Assembly: GCF_001194135.2 (NCBI RefSeq)
Contig: NC_068985.1
Location: 121,817,686 to 121,881,685 of the forward strand
Reading direction: 5' to 3'
Source: Octopus bimaculoides
Lineage: Eukaryota
DNA: 64,000 nucleotides
Shown here: piece after piece, positions 40,387 through 51,789 of the stretch
How positions within the stretch are numbered: position 1 is the stretch's first letter
Layout of the letters: each line of letters opens with the position of its first letter
The notes under the pieces: model-generated
Told to the model about the DNA's origin: nothing
What the model saw: only the letters and a program-made list of their open reading frames with translations
Databases searched by the model: none
Made by a program: the position numbers and the translations under genes

Positions 40387-41581
40387 TGTCCCCCACCCAA
40401 CTTTTTTTCTCGTAACTTTCAGGAAAATGGATATTTTTTACTGAAATTTTCTACAATTTTCATTTGTGTAGATTTTTATGATTAAGTCAGAATTTAATGT
40501 GGGGAAAAAAAAGGCAGATTGAAGTGCATATATTTTAACTTCTCAATTTTGTTTCCTCCTATGTTTTAATGATGTAGATTACAATTATGTTGGGATCTTT
40601 GGGGTTTGACGGGCAACATTTGTTTTCTTAATGAAACACTTTCAAACTTGGGACACTGGTAGAATGTATCATATAAAACAACTTCTTCTCTTAACCTTCT
40701 TAACAAAATTTTGTACATCGCAAGTTATTTCATGTTAAAGTTGTCGTATTTCTGTAATTTCAACCAATCACTGACATCTATTCAGCTGAATACATTTACT
40801 GCTGTTTTCTAAATAGTAGCTTTTGACCTGTAAGAAAAATGTTATTCCCTGACATATTTCATCCGGTTTAATCGCAATTTATACGCATATATTGTTTATA
40901 CAATAAATTACGCTGTGCGTATCTGTGTGTGTATATTTTTCCCATAACCTCACTCATAACCCTAACCCTAACCCCAACCCTAACCCTAACTCTAAAACCC
41001 GAACCCTAACCCTAAACTAGAGTTTGATTTGAAGAAGATTTGGCTGCTATTTCTAGGAAATGACGCACTTGGTGGAGGTGCATTAATAATTCTGGTAGCT
41101 CCAATAACAAGTGCAGGCAATATTCAAGTATTTTGATGGCTTTTTCCCCTTTGTTTACGAACAGTCTAGTTAATCGGAAATGTCAGAACTAACGGGGATT
41201 AATACCATATACACCGTCACAGCAGTTACTGTATACAACTGAATAGATGTCAGTGATTAGTTGAAATTACCGAAATAAGACAATTTTTAACGTGAAATAA
41301 CTTCGAATACAAAATTTATTATCTGTTCTATACCACAAAACATACAAGTATACGAAGTTTGAAAGTATTTCGGTACCAAAAACACTACATAAAAAAACGT
41401 TGCCTGTCAAATCACAAAGGTCCTTATGTTGAATAAAAAATACTTCTTAGGACTATGCATTTCATTTTATTTAAAAAATATTCATTTTAGAAATTTCAGA
41501 AGGTGAAGGGTGAAATAGTTTCAATTAAAAATATCCATCTTTCAGAAAGTTACAAGGAAACATAGTAAGAGTGATGGGACA
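40387..41581. mobile_element. TA-flanked fold-back/MITE with long diverged TIRs and a central (TAACCC)n tract
   Basis: TA|tgtccc...gtaactttcaggaaaatggatattttt versus aaaaatatccatctttcagaaagttac...gggaca|TA; inner IR aaccaatcactgacatctattcagctg / caactgaatagatgtcagtgattagtt. Confidence 0.75.
40943..41017. repeat. Interstitial telomere-like (TAACCC)n, imperfect
   Basis: cataaccctaaccctaaccccaaccctaaccctaactctaaaacccgaaccctaaccctaaa; a short agggttagggttagg also occurs near 40003-40017. Confidence 0.85.
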
Positions 41582-42519
41582 TACTTGTGTAGTTGTGTCA
41601 TCTCCTAATCCTGTAAAGTGAAGTTGACCTAGGCAGAATTTGAAGTCAGAGCAAATATCACAACTTCTGATGCTAATAATTCTGCCAATTCAGCATCTTA
41701 CTGTCTTTGTTGTATTCCTCTTAGCAGTAGTGGCTCGTAGATAAAATTAGTTGGGGTGCTACTTCAGAAAATTTTTAGCCATTATTTTAATATTGTGTAA
41801 AAGGAAACAAACATATAAAAAGAAAATTTATGCATAAACTTGATCGGTTCGCGTTTTAGCCACTGCTGGGTAGTGTGTTTAATTTATTCACTGAAGACTG
41901 CCGCGAATTTCCCCTTGTTTTTCAAAAATCCCCCCTAAATCACAAAATAGGGAGGAAAATCTGCCCTATTTTCCGAATCCTAGCAGCAACACTGTAGCTG
42001 GAAGCAGGATAATAATCTAATTCTACACTTTATCATATTCAAGAATATAAAAACACATTTTAAACACAACACACATGGAGTCACAAAGAAACACTAGCTT
42101 TCACCAGCACACCAGGATTGGAACTGCATGAACTACAGTGCTCTCTCTCCTTAGCATGCAGCTTCCTACCTCGGACATGTAAGCATGCACACAACAGCCA
42201 AACACTGCATTGCTGGAACTGTGAAGCGCACAGTTCTATACAAGGATTTTTGTATATTTTTTATAAACTAGGGGATGGCTACTGACATTAAGCTTAAGGA
42301 TTATATAATGTACAAGTATAAAGAAAGAAAGAAAAAAGGACTCATTACATTGAATGTTATCAATAATATCGAGTGAAAATAGGGGGTGCTGCAGTTCTGC
42401 AGTACATGAGCTGCCACTACTTCCTAGTATCTTTACTAATAACACTAAGAGCTATGACAATGGAGAACAGATTTGTCCAGATTTATGACAGTCAAGCTTG
42501 TAGGGCATTGATTTAAGCA

Positions 42520-42655
42520 ATGATGATGATGATGATATTGCTGCCACCACTAATGACAATGACAGTGGTGGTGGTGGTGGTGGTGGTGGTGGTGGTGATA
42601 GTGGTGGTGGTGGTGGTGGTGATGGTAGTGGTGGTGGTGATGGTGGTGATGATGA
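42520..42655. repeat. (GAT)/(GGT)n microsatellite
   Basis: Seen directly. Confidence 0.9.
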
Positions 42656-44284
42656 TCAGTAAACCGTTGATCAAATCTGCCCATGATCACACTTTCTTTT
42701 TCAGGATATCTAGGAAACATTATCAAATGGGCATGGTTTGAAGGTGATTCGATTGCTATTTCTGAATGATCCTGTGACAACATTAGCCACATCTTCACAC
42801 CTTTCTTGGCTCTTGTGTTTGTGGGAGATTTGTAATAATGTGTATTTAATATAAGTGGTACTACTGCTTGGATTAGTCACGTCAGTGGGGAGTGGTGATG
42901 TCAGTTGGTAATATGATAGTGTTGGTATTGGGTATAAAGAACTGGAAGAACGCCATTACATTACATTCCTCCTTCTGCACTAAGGTCAGTAAAATGTAGC
43001 TATTGGTAGAGTAGAGACTAAAAGAGAAATTACTGAATAAATAAAATTAACATTTCTGGCAGTTTTTTTCTTTGCTTCTGCACCCCTTTCCTACCCATCT
43101 CCAACATCTTAGTATAAAAGGAAAAGAAATATTCAATTCATTCAGTCTTTCTCAGGCACACTTACCAACTAGAAAAAAATATTTTTTACTTTCATTCCAA
43201 CACCTCTCCACTCCTATGAAGAGATCATGTGAATATGTCTGTTTAGTGAAACCTAAAACATTAAACTTCCTGTTAAGCAATTCTCCCCACCTCCAACACC
43301 TTACCCCAGTCTTCTGCTCCATTCAACTTTATTTGAAGAAGTATGTCTCCTGCACACTTTGTAAATGTGAATATATATCAGTTACAATGTGATAGAGGGC
43401 TCTTAAATCCTTTTTACTATGTGTTATGGTCCCTGCATCTACCATTTCTGCAGACACAAACATACATTCAACATCCATTAAGCCATTCTCACCTATTTTA
43501 CTTTTCTTCTTTTTATTTTTTTTTTGTTTTGTTTTGAAAGTTAGCTAATTAATTGTTTTCTAAATCAAAAGAATCTGTAGATCTGGTGTTTATCTCCAGT
43601 TTAAGAGGATGAAAGGAAAATATCTTCTGGAGAGTGTACTGTTTATTGTCATTTGTATTATCAATGCATCAGCCCAGTGAATCGTCAATTCCACAAAGAT
43701 CCTATTTATTTAGAAGTAGTTGGTCTTGGTCATTAAGAGTTCAATCATCACTGGTGATGGGATAAAAATCACAGACCCTCTTAGTTGGATATTGGGATCT
43801 CATTGCTAGAAACCAAAAGAAATGAGAGAGAGGGAGAATATTACACATTAATGGCCTACTGGATAAGAATGTTATTTTTAATTTCGAAATAATGGTTCCT
43901 GGTTTAAATCCAGTCTCAAACTGTGTAGCCATAGCCATAGCCATCACTTGCAAATGGATAAGACCTGTAACATGTAGCATGCTTTTGCTTGCTGTTTTAA
44001 GTGCCTGTGTTGGTAATCTTTCCGACACACCTACTCTCAACCTAGCATACTATGGAGGTGATAGAAAGAGGAAGAAAGAGATGCGCCAGCAATCACCAGG
44101 TACTAATTTTCTGCAAAGTAGATTCAAACAGTATGAAACAAAGTACCTTACTCGAGGACACAGTTTACCACCCAGTCCAGAAATTGAATACCTGACCTTA
44201 TGATTGTGAGCTACTGTTTCTAACAGGATGTGATATCACAAAGTGGTTTTCTTTGTTAGCTCACACAAACATATATACATCCTT

Positions 44285-44492
44285 ATGTATGTATGCATGT
44301 ATGTATGTACGTACGTATGCATGTATGTATGTATGTATGCATGTATGTATGTATGCATGTATGTATGCATGTATGTATGTATGCATGTATGTATGTATGT
44401 ATGTATGTACGTACGTATGCATGTACGTATGTATGTATGTATGTATGTATGTATGCATGCATGCATGTATGTATGTATGTACGTACGTACGT
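44285..44492. repeat. (TATG/CATG/TACG)n tetranucleotide array
   Basis: Seen directly; it explains six overlapping MYVC/HTYI ORFs. Confidence 0.95.
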
Positions 44493-44897
44493 ACTAGCTT
44501 AAAAGCTGTCCAATGTAAGCAACTAACCCCAAATGGGAAGATCTACAAACAGATCTGACTTGTTTCGGAGAACTGTTGCAATTGCTTCCTCCAGAGTCAT
44601 ATCCAAATATGTAAAAAAAATTGCCGAAAACAATCGCAGTAATGAAAACATAGGAATCCAAAATTTCAGGATTGCAGTTTCAAATTCGACCCGGAATGTT
44701 TTTAATTTACTCACAAAGTCAGCCTGATTCCAAAATGGTATGATGTGTTGGGCTATGGCCTCTAGGAGTAAAGTTGAAAAAGTGTGACACACTGACATTC
44801 ACATTTGTTATATCAAATATGTTTAATTTTGGGGAAACTGCATTTCAATTAAAGTGTATTATATATATATATTGTTTGTATATGTACATACAGTGAA

Positions 44898-45205
44898 GGC
44901 GCATGGCTCAGTGGTTAGAGCGTCGAGCTTATGATTGTGAGGTTGTGAGTTCGAATCCCAGACCGGGCTGCATGTTGTGTTCTTGAGCAAAACACTTTAT
45001 TTCACGTTGCTCCAGTTCACTCAGCTGTAGAAATGAGTTGCGATGTCACAGGTGCCAAGTTGTATCAGCCTTTGCCTTTCCCTTGGATAACACTGGTGGC
45101 GTGGAGAGGGGAGGCCGGTATGCATGGGCAACTGCTAGTTTTCCATAAACAACCTTACCCAGACTTGTGCTTGGGAGGGTAACTTTTTAGGTGCAATCCC
45201 ATGGG
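44898..45205 (+). mobile_element. tRNA-derived SINE (family C), well-preserved head
   Basis: A box tggctcagtgg, B box gttcgaatccc (44949-44959), then a long non-tRNA body. A 5'-truncated copy lies at 61118-61410. Confidence 0.85.
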
Positions 45206-45789
45206 AGTCTCAGCATGTACACACACACACACACACACACATATATGTATGTATTAAAGAAAGCAAAAGATAAGACAAATATGATAGTGTCCAGTAGTTG
45301 GTTCAGTATGCTGGCCACAGGAATTTCTGTCCAAGAAAGTTGTACACCATCTTCCTCTTTCTCTCACATACCCACTCTTTGTCTCTCTCTTCTTATTACT
45401 CCCATTGCCACCATCAACACTACTACTTTTAATAAAACATCATCAACTCTCCCTAAATTTCTTTGTCTCTCTTTTTCTTTCTATATTTTTCTCTCTCTCT
45501 ATCTTCGCCACCACCCTCACCGTCTCTGTGCCTACTATTACTCTCACCCCAGCATGAGGAAGTGTCATTGAATAATGAAAGAGGGGTTCAAAGTGTGACA
45601 CACTGACACACAAATTAGTTTTCGTATTTATTATATTAGATGTTTGTACATATGTGTGTACATATATGATTTAAAGAGGCTTTGGCTGCCATTTCTAGCA
45701 GGTGCAGTTTCACTGTATTAACAGTTACATCAGTTGTATGAATTTGTATATTTTTCATTTCATTTATTTATTTTTGTTTGTGTTTGTAG

Positions 45790-45838
45790 CCAACATATCA
45801 TACAAGAATGTTGCTTACATAGCTGATGGTAATCAGAT
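45790..45838 (+). other. Candidate upstream (5'UTR or alternative) exon of FDXR
   Basis: tttgtttgtgtttgtag acceptor and at|gtaagt donor. Splicing to 50921 gives ...CAG ATG ATG AGA, in frame with FDXR. No homology support. Confidence 0.3.
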
Positions 45839-48529
45839 GTAAGTTATGTCGTCATCGGTTCTTATCTCTACTTTCATAGCTTTAATTAGTCAAAAACTAC
45901 TATAAGACAGCAAATTGATAGAGTCATTAGACTGTTGGACAGTATAGTATATCTTGAGGCACTTGTTCTGACTCTCTGAGTTCAAAGCTTGCCACAATCA
46001 ATTCTGCTTTTCATCCTTCTGCATCCAGTTGAATCTTGAGTAATAACTGAAAGAATATGATTATGAATACAAGCAGCTAAGATAGGGTTCCTCCAAAGGG
46101 ACTTTGGAGTGCATATCTCAGAGATCAGCAAGGCACTCCAGGTAGAGCTACTACTTCCCTGAATTGAGAGAGCACAGCTTCAATACTATAGACTTGTGAT
46201 AAGAATGTCTTGAGAGATAAACTGGAAATGGTTACTTTTGACAGGATCCAATGGAACACATGCTTGAGGGCTCTGCATCCATGACCTTCCTGGGAATAAG
46301 TGAGTGAAGAAGATGAGATGAGATGCGATCCTTTTACATTCAATAAGTAAAGTGCTCAACTGGAGATGGGGATTGATGAAATTGTTACTGCATTCACACA
46401 AGATGCTTTGTTGGAGTTGTTCTAATTGTGCATTCAAATTTTACCTCATATCACAGGAGCCCCTCATGGTAGGAAAATTGGGTCTTTGAAGCCAGATAAC
46501 TCAAGTAATAGTGATAAGCCTCTAATGTCAGACAGAGTGACAAGGTTTTGTGACATGAATGTTGCATTCATAACAAAGTTTGTTGGTGTAATTGATGACT
46601 GTACTAAGGAGCACATTGTGTCCTTGAGTGAGTCGCTTCACTTCTCAGTGCTCCATTCCATTCAGGTGAAAATGAGTATCATCACCAGCAGCAGCTGGAA
46701 TTAACCTTGAGATGAATTGGTGTCTCTCTACAGGAAGCCTTCAAAGGTCAGAGCAGCAACTGCCTTGCATTCTGCTTCTGTTACAGATATCATGAGTCTG
46801 AGTTGTCTCATTGGCCTCAATTTGGTGATGTGAGAAAGGAATTGACATTACTATTATTACTGAGACTGTTATTGTTGGTCAAGTGGTGGTAATAGAGATG
46901 CCACTGATTCTTTTGATGTTGCTGCTACTGCTTATGCTTGTAAATAAATACTGGTGATTGATATTATTTGTTTCTGCTGCAAAGGCTGGGAGAGGTTGTT
47001 TGTTGTTCCTGTTATTATATAGCATTAATGCTGCTGCTACAGCTGTTGTTTTTTCCCAGTTGATCATCACAGTTAATTGTTGCTCTAATGTTGTCTGTAT
47101 ATATAATAGGTCTTAAGAGTGTTGTGTCAAGTAGTTACTGACAAAGTAAGTATGTGATCACACTAACTGCATTTAGTGGGAACTTGAGACTAGAACAAGG
47201 CTAATCGAAGAAATCCTGGCTTTTAAATACAATACAAAAATGACTAAAATATGTTGAAATTTCCATCAAGTAGTTGGCAGGAAGATGGGATGAAACAACA
47301 ACAAAACTGTTTGGCTGAAAGAAGTAAGTGGTCAGCAATGACAATTTTCAAGAGAATGAACACAGCTTAAACATTTATCTCATTCTATTCAGAGTCTACA
47401 ATTGCTTTACTAACATTTCAAGGATGTATTCAAATTTATATAGGAGAGTTGGAAAAATTATTCTTGGATGTCATGACATTCTAAAAGCATTAACTCATTC
47501 TTTCAGTTACTATCTAGATATTTTGTGTTTGGTTCGTTTGACAATTACAACTGAGAAAAAAAAACACATACAAAGCCTAGGTCATGGACTTTATTCCCTT
47601 CAAAATATGTTGGTGAGATATGCCCTATCCATCCATCAATCATAATTGTATCAAACTAATCTAACTGGATGGTAGACCTAATCTATCACCCTTGTTTAAT
47701 CCCACCACCTTATGTTCATATTGCCTCGAATGAACAGAAACAGCAAAGAGGAGTGAGAACTTTTTCGTCTTGCAAGTAATAAGGAACTCTCACTAAACAG
47801 ATGTTATAATAAAATGCACTCAGTATTTTTTAAAGTGGTTGGTATTAGGAAGAGTATCCAGCTGTAGAAACCATGCTGAAAGTAGAATGTATGAGCAAGA
47901 TGTAGTTCTTCTGATTCATCTAGAAGAACAGTAATGTTTATTATGAACTAGTTTGGACTACCATGAACTATTCACCTCATACTGGCATGGATTGATGAGG
48001 ATGATGATGATGATGACCTGGTAATTCAATGCCTTTGGTAAAGTCCACACTGTTGCAAGCATTCAAACTAAGTCTCTGGTCTAAGGATGGGATAACTTCC
48101 TCTCACCAATCAAGGAGACCATATCTATTAAGCTGTAAATGGGTACCAGCTGGAGACAGGCACAACTGTGTTTCCATTTAGCTGTCATCCCGGATGTTCC
48201 ACTGGGTTGGAGGTGGGTTGAGGATGAGAGGGTGTCTATATCTTCTTGCTACTTACTATACAGGCACATGAAACAATTAATGCAAACATGATACAAGCTA
48301 CCAAGCCATCATACTTGTGCATGGCAATTACACTAATGGGTTGTCTGATAAATTTTTTTCTTTGTTTTTTACTTGGCACTGAAAAGAGGTAAAATTTATT
48401 CAAATTTCAAAAAGAATAAACAAAAGTTGCAGAGAAATAAGAGCGATACAAAGAAAAGAAAACAAAACAATATGATAGAAATGATTTTTGTGTTACTTCA
48501 GGTAACGTTGAAGAGGTTTAAAATAAATG

Positions 48530-48600
48530 GAGACCCCCGCCCCCGACATACACCTCACCAAAAAGATAGACGTGAAATGAGTGGCGGAAGTGGTAGAATG
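48530..48600 (+). promoter_or_regulatory. Candidate housekeeping promoter for FDXR (GC box plus ETS/GABP site)
   Basis: Local CpG cluster in CpG-poor DNA, with ccccgcccc (48535-48543) and CGGAAGTG (48585-48592). A gtaagt donor at 48906 could end a non-coding first exon. It lies 2.3 kb upstream of the first coding exon. Confidence 0.45.
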
Positions 48601-49464
48601 TCATTCATAGTAATTTTAATGTTTTGAGTTCATTTCCTACAGAGATAAAAGTTTATCTTTCATCTCCTGATGGTCAATAAACTAAATGAGTCATACACAG
48701 GAGTTGTTGCTCTTGTAGTTTTGCCTCATGTCAGTTATAATCAAGTTGATTTATACTCAGACATTCGTCTTGACTTGTCTCTGCATATTATTTTTGTATA
48801 TCATTTGTATATCATTTGTATATCATTTTGTATATCATATTATTTTTGTATATCACTCATTTAGTAAGGTGTGGTTTAAGGGATTTGTTTGTTGTTTCTT
48901 GCAGAGTAAGTAACCATGCAGAAGGCCCCTTGTTGGTTCACAGTAGTAGTAATAGTAGTCGTTGTTTAGCTCCAAGTCAACCCTAATTGAACAATCCTGA
49001 TTTATCTGTCTTATTTGAGACATAACACCCAGGGTTACATTACCTGGTGTCTTGTTTTCCTTTTATAAGGCAGTAGAGATAGTGTAATTCGGGGGAGATT
49101 TGGCTGCTATTTCTAGCAGGTCAAATGGCCATACAGAGTCTTCCTTGTTGACTTTGGAAAAATGTAGCAGTTTACATTGACTGGCAATGTATAGCTATAC
49201 CATTGAATTGATGAAATACAAGTTGATCCAAGTGTATTTGAACTCGCAATGTAGAATAATCAAACTATTTTCGTTAGCGGTAAGTTGATGAAATCAGTCA
49301 AACCAGAGCATTATCACTTGACAGGCAGAGGATTGCAAGCTGACAAGGTACCAGCTGTTTTTTGATAGGTTTCTTTCTGAATCTATACAGGTGGAAATGT
49401 CTGTCGCCCTGGGCCCAGAACCACCACTCTATTAGTTTTGATGGGGATTGAGAGTGCCATCTAT

Positions 49465-50224
49465 AGGGCTTTCCTATAAGTAGGTTATCTCCCTTGGCTA
49501 GGCGGCGCTCCATGTAGATAATTAAACTTCCGGAGGCTAACCCACGCCATTGTTATTGTTTTACGTCTTATCATGGATATAAAGCAGCTTGATGATTCAG
49601 CTATCGAAGTACTTACTGTGCCTGAGTTAAAGAAATATTTAAGATTATATGGACAGTATGTTACTGGAAGAAAGGCGGACTTGATTGAAAGGAATAAAAA
49701 TTTTGTCGATGAAGAATGTCAACAAAGTAAATTCATCGGACGATAAGTCTGAAGTATCGGACGATAAGTCTGAAGTATCGGACGATACTTCAGACAGGAA
49801 TAAGCAGAACCTTATATCTCCTCTCGGTGAAGTATTGCCTGNNNNNNNNNNNNNNNNNNNNNNNNNNNNNNNNNNNNNNNNNNNNNNNNNNNNNATAATG
49901 ACATAATTACCTCGTGCTACGGATGAAAGCAAAGCAACAGTTAAGGAGTGGCATATTTTACCACGACAGACACGTACACAGCATCGAATACCACGATGTG
50001 AGTGAAAGCTGCTCTCACTGTATTGTCCGGTGTCTGGTAATCCCTTCGATACCGACATCAAACCAAAAAAAGAATCCTGACCACAGAGTGGGTAATTATG
50101 TCAAAGGTCACTAGCAATGTGCATTCAGCTGATTGCAACTGTTAAAGCAAGTCACTGAGCATGCGTACATGTCATACGGGAGAGTTCCAATCAGGGGTGG
50201 ATAACAACCTTATAGGAAAGCCCT
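49465..50224 (+). mobile_element. Internally deleted TIR DNA transposon carrying a SAP/SWIM-like accessory ORF (ISL2EU/PIF-Harbinger-related, tentative)
   Basis: Perfect 20-bp inverted repeat ctatagggctttcctataag (49461-80) / cttataggaaagccctatag (50209-28). It reads as ct-AT|AGGGC...GCCCT|AT-ag, i.e. AT TSD and AG termini. Confidence 0.8.
49573..50142 (+). pseudogene. SAP-domain protein with start of a SWIM-type Zn finger (frameshifted, truncated)
   Basis: 49573-49746 reads MDIKQLDDSAIEVLTVPELKKYLRLYGQYVTGRKADLIER.. (SAP consensus L.V.ELK..L...G...G.KA.LI.R). It continues by frameshift into KGIKILSMK..SDDKSEVSDDKSEVSDD; after the gap it reads ..CLVIPSIPT..PDHRV / MSKVTSNVHSADCNC (50098-50142). 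Confidence 0.8.
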
Positions 50225-50921
50225 ATAGGAATGTATCCCACGAGGTAGAATACATTAGCATTTCTCCCTCGTCATTCTTCAGGGTAAAACATTTGTCATT
50301 TAACTGTCAAGACTGCCAAACATTGGCACAAGTCACTAGAATCACTTACCCATGTAGATGAGAAGTTTGCAGCCCAACTAAAACAGTGTTATGCATTTTT
50401 CCACTTTCATTGTCTATCTCCATTTTCCTTTTTAATAAAATGATATTAAATAATAATATATATATATACTAGGTACAGGTGTGACTGTATGGTAAAAAAA
50501 TTGCTTCTTAACTACATGGTTTGGGGTTCAGTCCCACTGCATGGTACCTTAGGCAAGTGTCTTCAATCAAAGCCTTGTGTAGATCTGGTAGACAGAGACT
50601 GAAAGAAGCCTGTTGTGTGTGTGTGTATATGTGTGTTACTGTATCCTTACCTTGATATCATATGATAGATTTAAAATGAACATTTCCATCATGTGAAAGG
50701 TGACTTTCACTTCTAGTCTTTCATGAAAACATGTCTGATCATGGGGAAATATTACCTTACATGAAAAAGGAAAGGCATCTGACTCTAGAAAATCCACCTC
50801 AACATAATTCTATCCAATCCATACTAGCATAGAAAAGTAGATATTAAAATGATGATGATGATGATAAATTTATTAGAACAATATTTATAAAAAAAAAAAT
50901 TTCTGGTTTCTTCATTTTAGG

Positions 50922-51065
50922 ATGAGACAGTCCAGATTATTCCCTTCACTGCTGAAGCGAATTCTCTCCCAGACTGCCTGCTTTAGTTCCAGCCCCAAAC
51001 CTGTACCAGTCTGTATAGTAGGCAGTGGACCAGCAGCTTTTTACACGGCTCAACAAATACTTAAA
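50922..51065 (+). CDS. FDXR: NADPH:adrenodoxin oxidoreductase (ferredoxin reductase), first recognisable coding exon: mitochondrial presequence plus FAD-binding Rossmann motif
   Basis: Manual translation gives MRQSRLFPSLLKRILSQTACFSSSPKPVPVCIVGSGPAAFYTAQQILK (48 codons). It matches the FDXR motif ICVVGSGPAGFYTAQHLLK. Acceptor ttcattttag ends at 50920; phase-0 donor AAA|gtaagt at 51066. The Arg/Ser-rich, acid-free N-terminus fits a mitochondrial targeting peptide. Confidence 0.95.
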
Positions 51066-51131
51066 GTAAGTTGGCATTAACCAGTAGGGAATTTTAAGTT
51101 TCAATTTCTTATTTAACTGTTTTGTATTTGT

Positions 51132-51189
<58 letters not shown>

Positions 51190-51481
51190 NNNNNNNNNNN
51201 NNNNNNNNNNNNNNNNNNNNNNNNNNNNNNNNNNNNNNNNNNNNNNNNNNNNNNNNNNNNNNNNNNNNNNNNNNNNNNNNNNNNNNNNNNNNNNNNNNNN
51301 NNNNNNNNNNNNNNNNNNNNNNNNNNNNNNNNNNNNNNNNNNNNNNNNNNNNNNNNNNNNNNNNNNNNNNNNNNNNNNNNNNNNNNNNNNNNNNNNNNNN
51401 NNNNNNNNNNNNNNNNNNNNNNNNNNNNNNNNNNNNNNNNNNNNNNNNNNNNNNNNNNNNNNNNNNNNNNNNNNNNNNNNN

Positions 51482-51639
51482 GTCTGCAGATGCCAAACCA
51501 GCAGGGGGACACTGCTGACCTCCCCTGTTCGAAGGTTATAAAGGACACAGGTTTCGTGTGTCACATAGCTAGCTAGAGGCGATGGCTTCTTGGAGCTAAT
51601 TCACGGCAGCTTTCGTCCTAATTTTGGGACTGCCATGTT
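51482..51639 (+). mobile_element. Second copy of the hammerhead-associated repeat domain
   Basis: Aligns with 33551-33701 (tccc.tgtt.gaa..aaggacacag..tagc.agct.gag..gatg..ggactgccatgtt). It begins GTC-TGCAGA at the gap edge, where copy A has ATA-CACAGA. Confidence 0.7.
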
Positions 51640-51712
51640 GGCTTGGCGATAACTATTAATTTCCAGTACCGCTGCCGTAGTCTCCTTTAGAGAGACTTAG
51701 AAATATTAATAA

Positions 51713-51746
<34 letters not shown>

Positions 51747-51789
51747 GAAAAAATTGAGTCAACAAGAAGGAGTACGATTGGACATTCAT

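Noticed and set aside
40943-41017. True telomere or chromosome fusion site
   Set aside because: The tract is short, imperfect and enclosed in a transposon's inverted arms.
43609-43680. Signal-peptide-like mini-ORF MKGKYLLESVLFIVICIINASAQ*
   Set aside because: Only 23 codons, easily produced by chance in AT-rich DNA, and no downstream exon was identified.
44898-44975. tRNA gene
   Set aside because: A/B boxes are present, but the acceptor stem is poor and the sequence continues into a SINE body shared with 61118-61410.
48640-48710. Hammerhead-like ctgatggtca..tgagtcatacacagg
   Set aside because: The core lacks A9 and GAAA.
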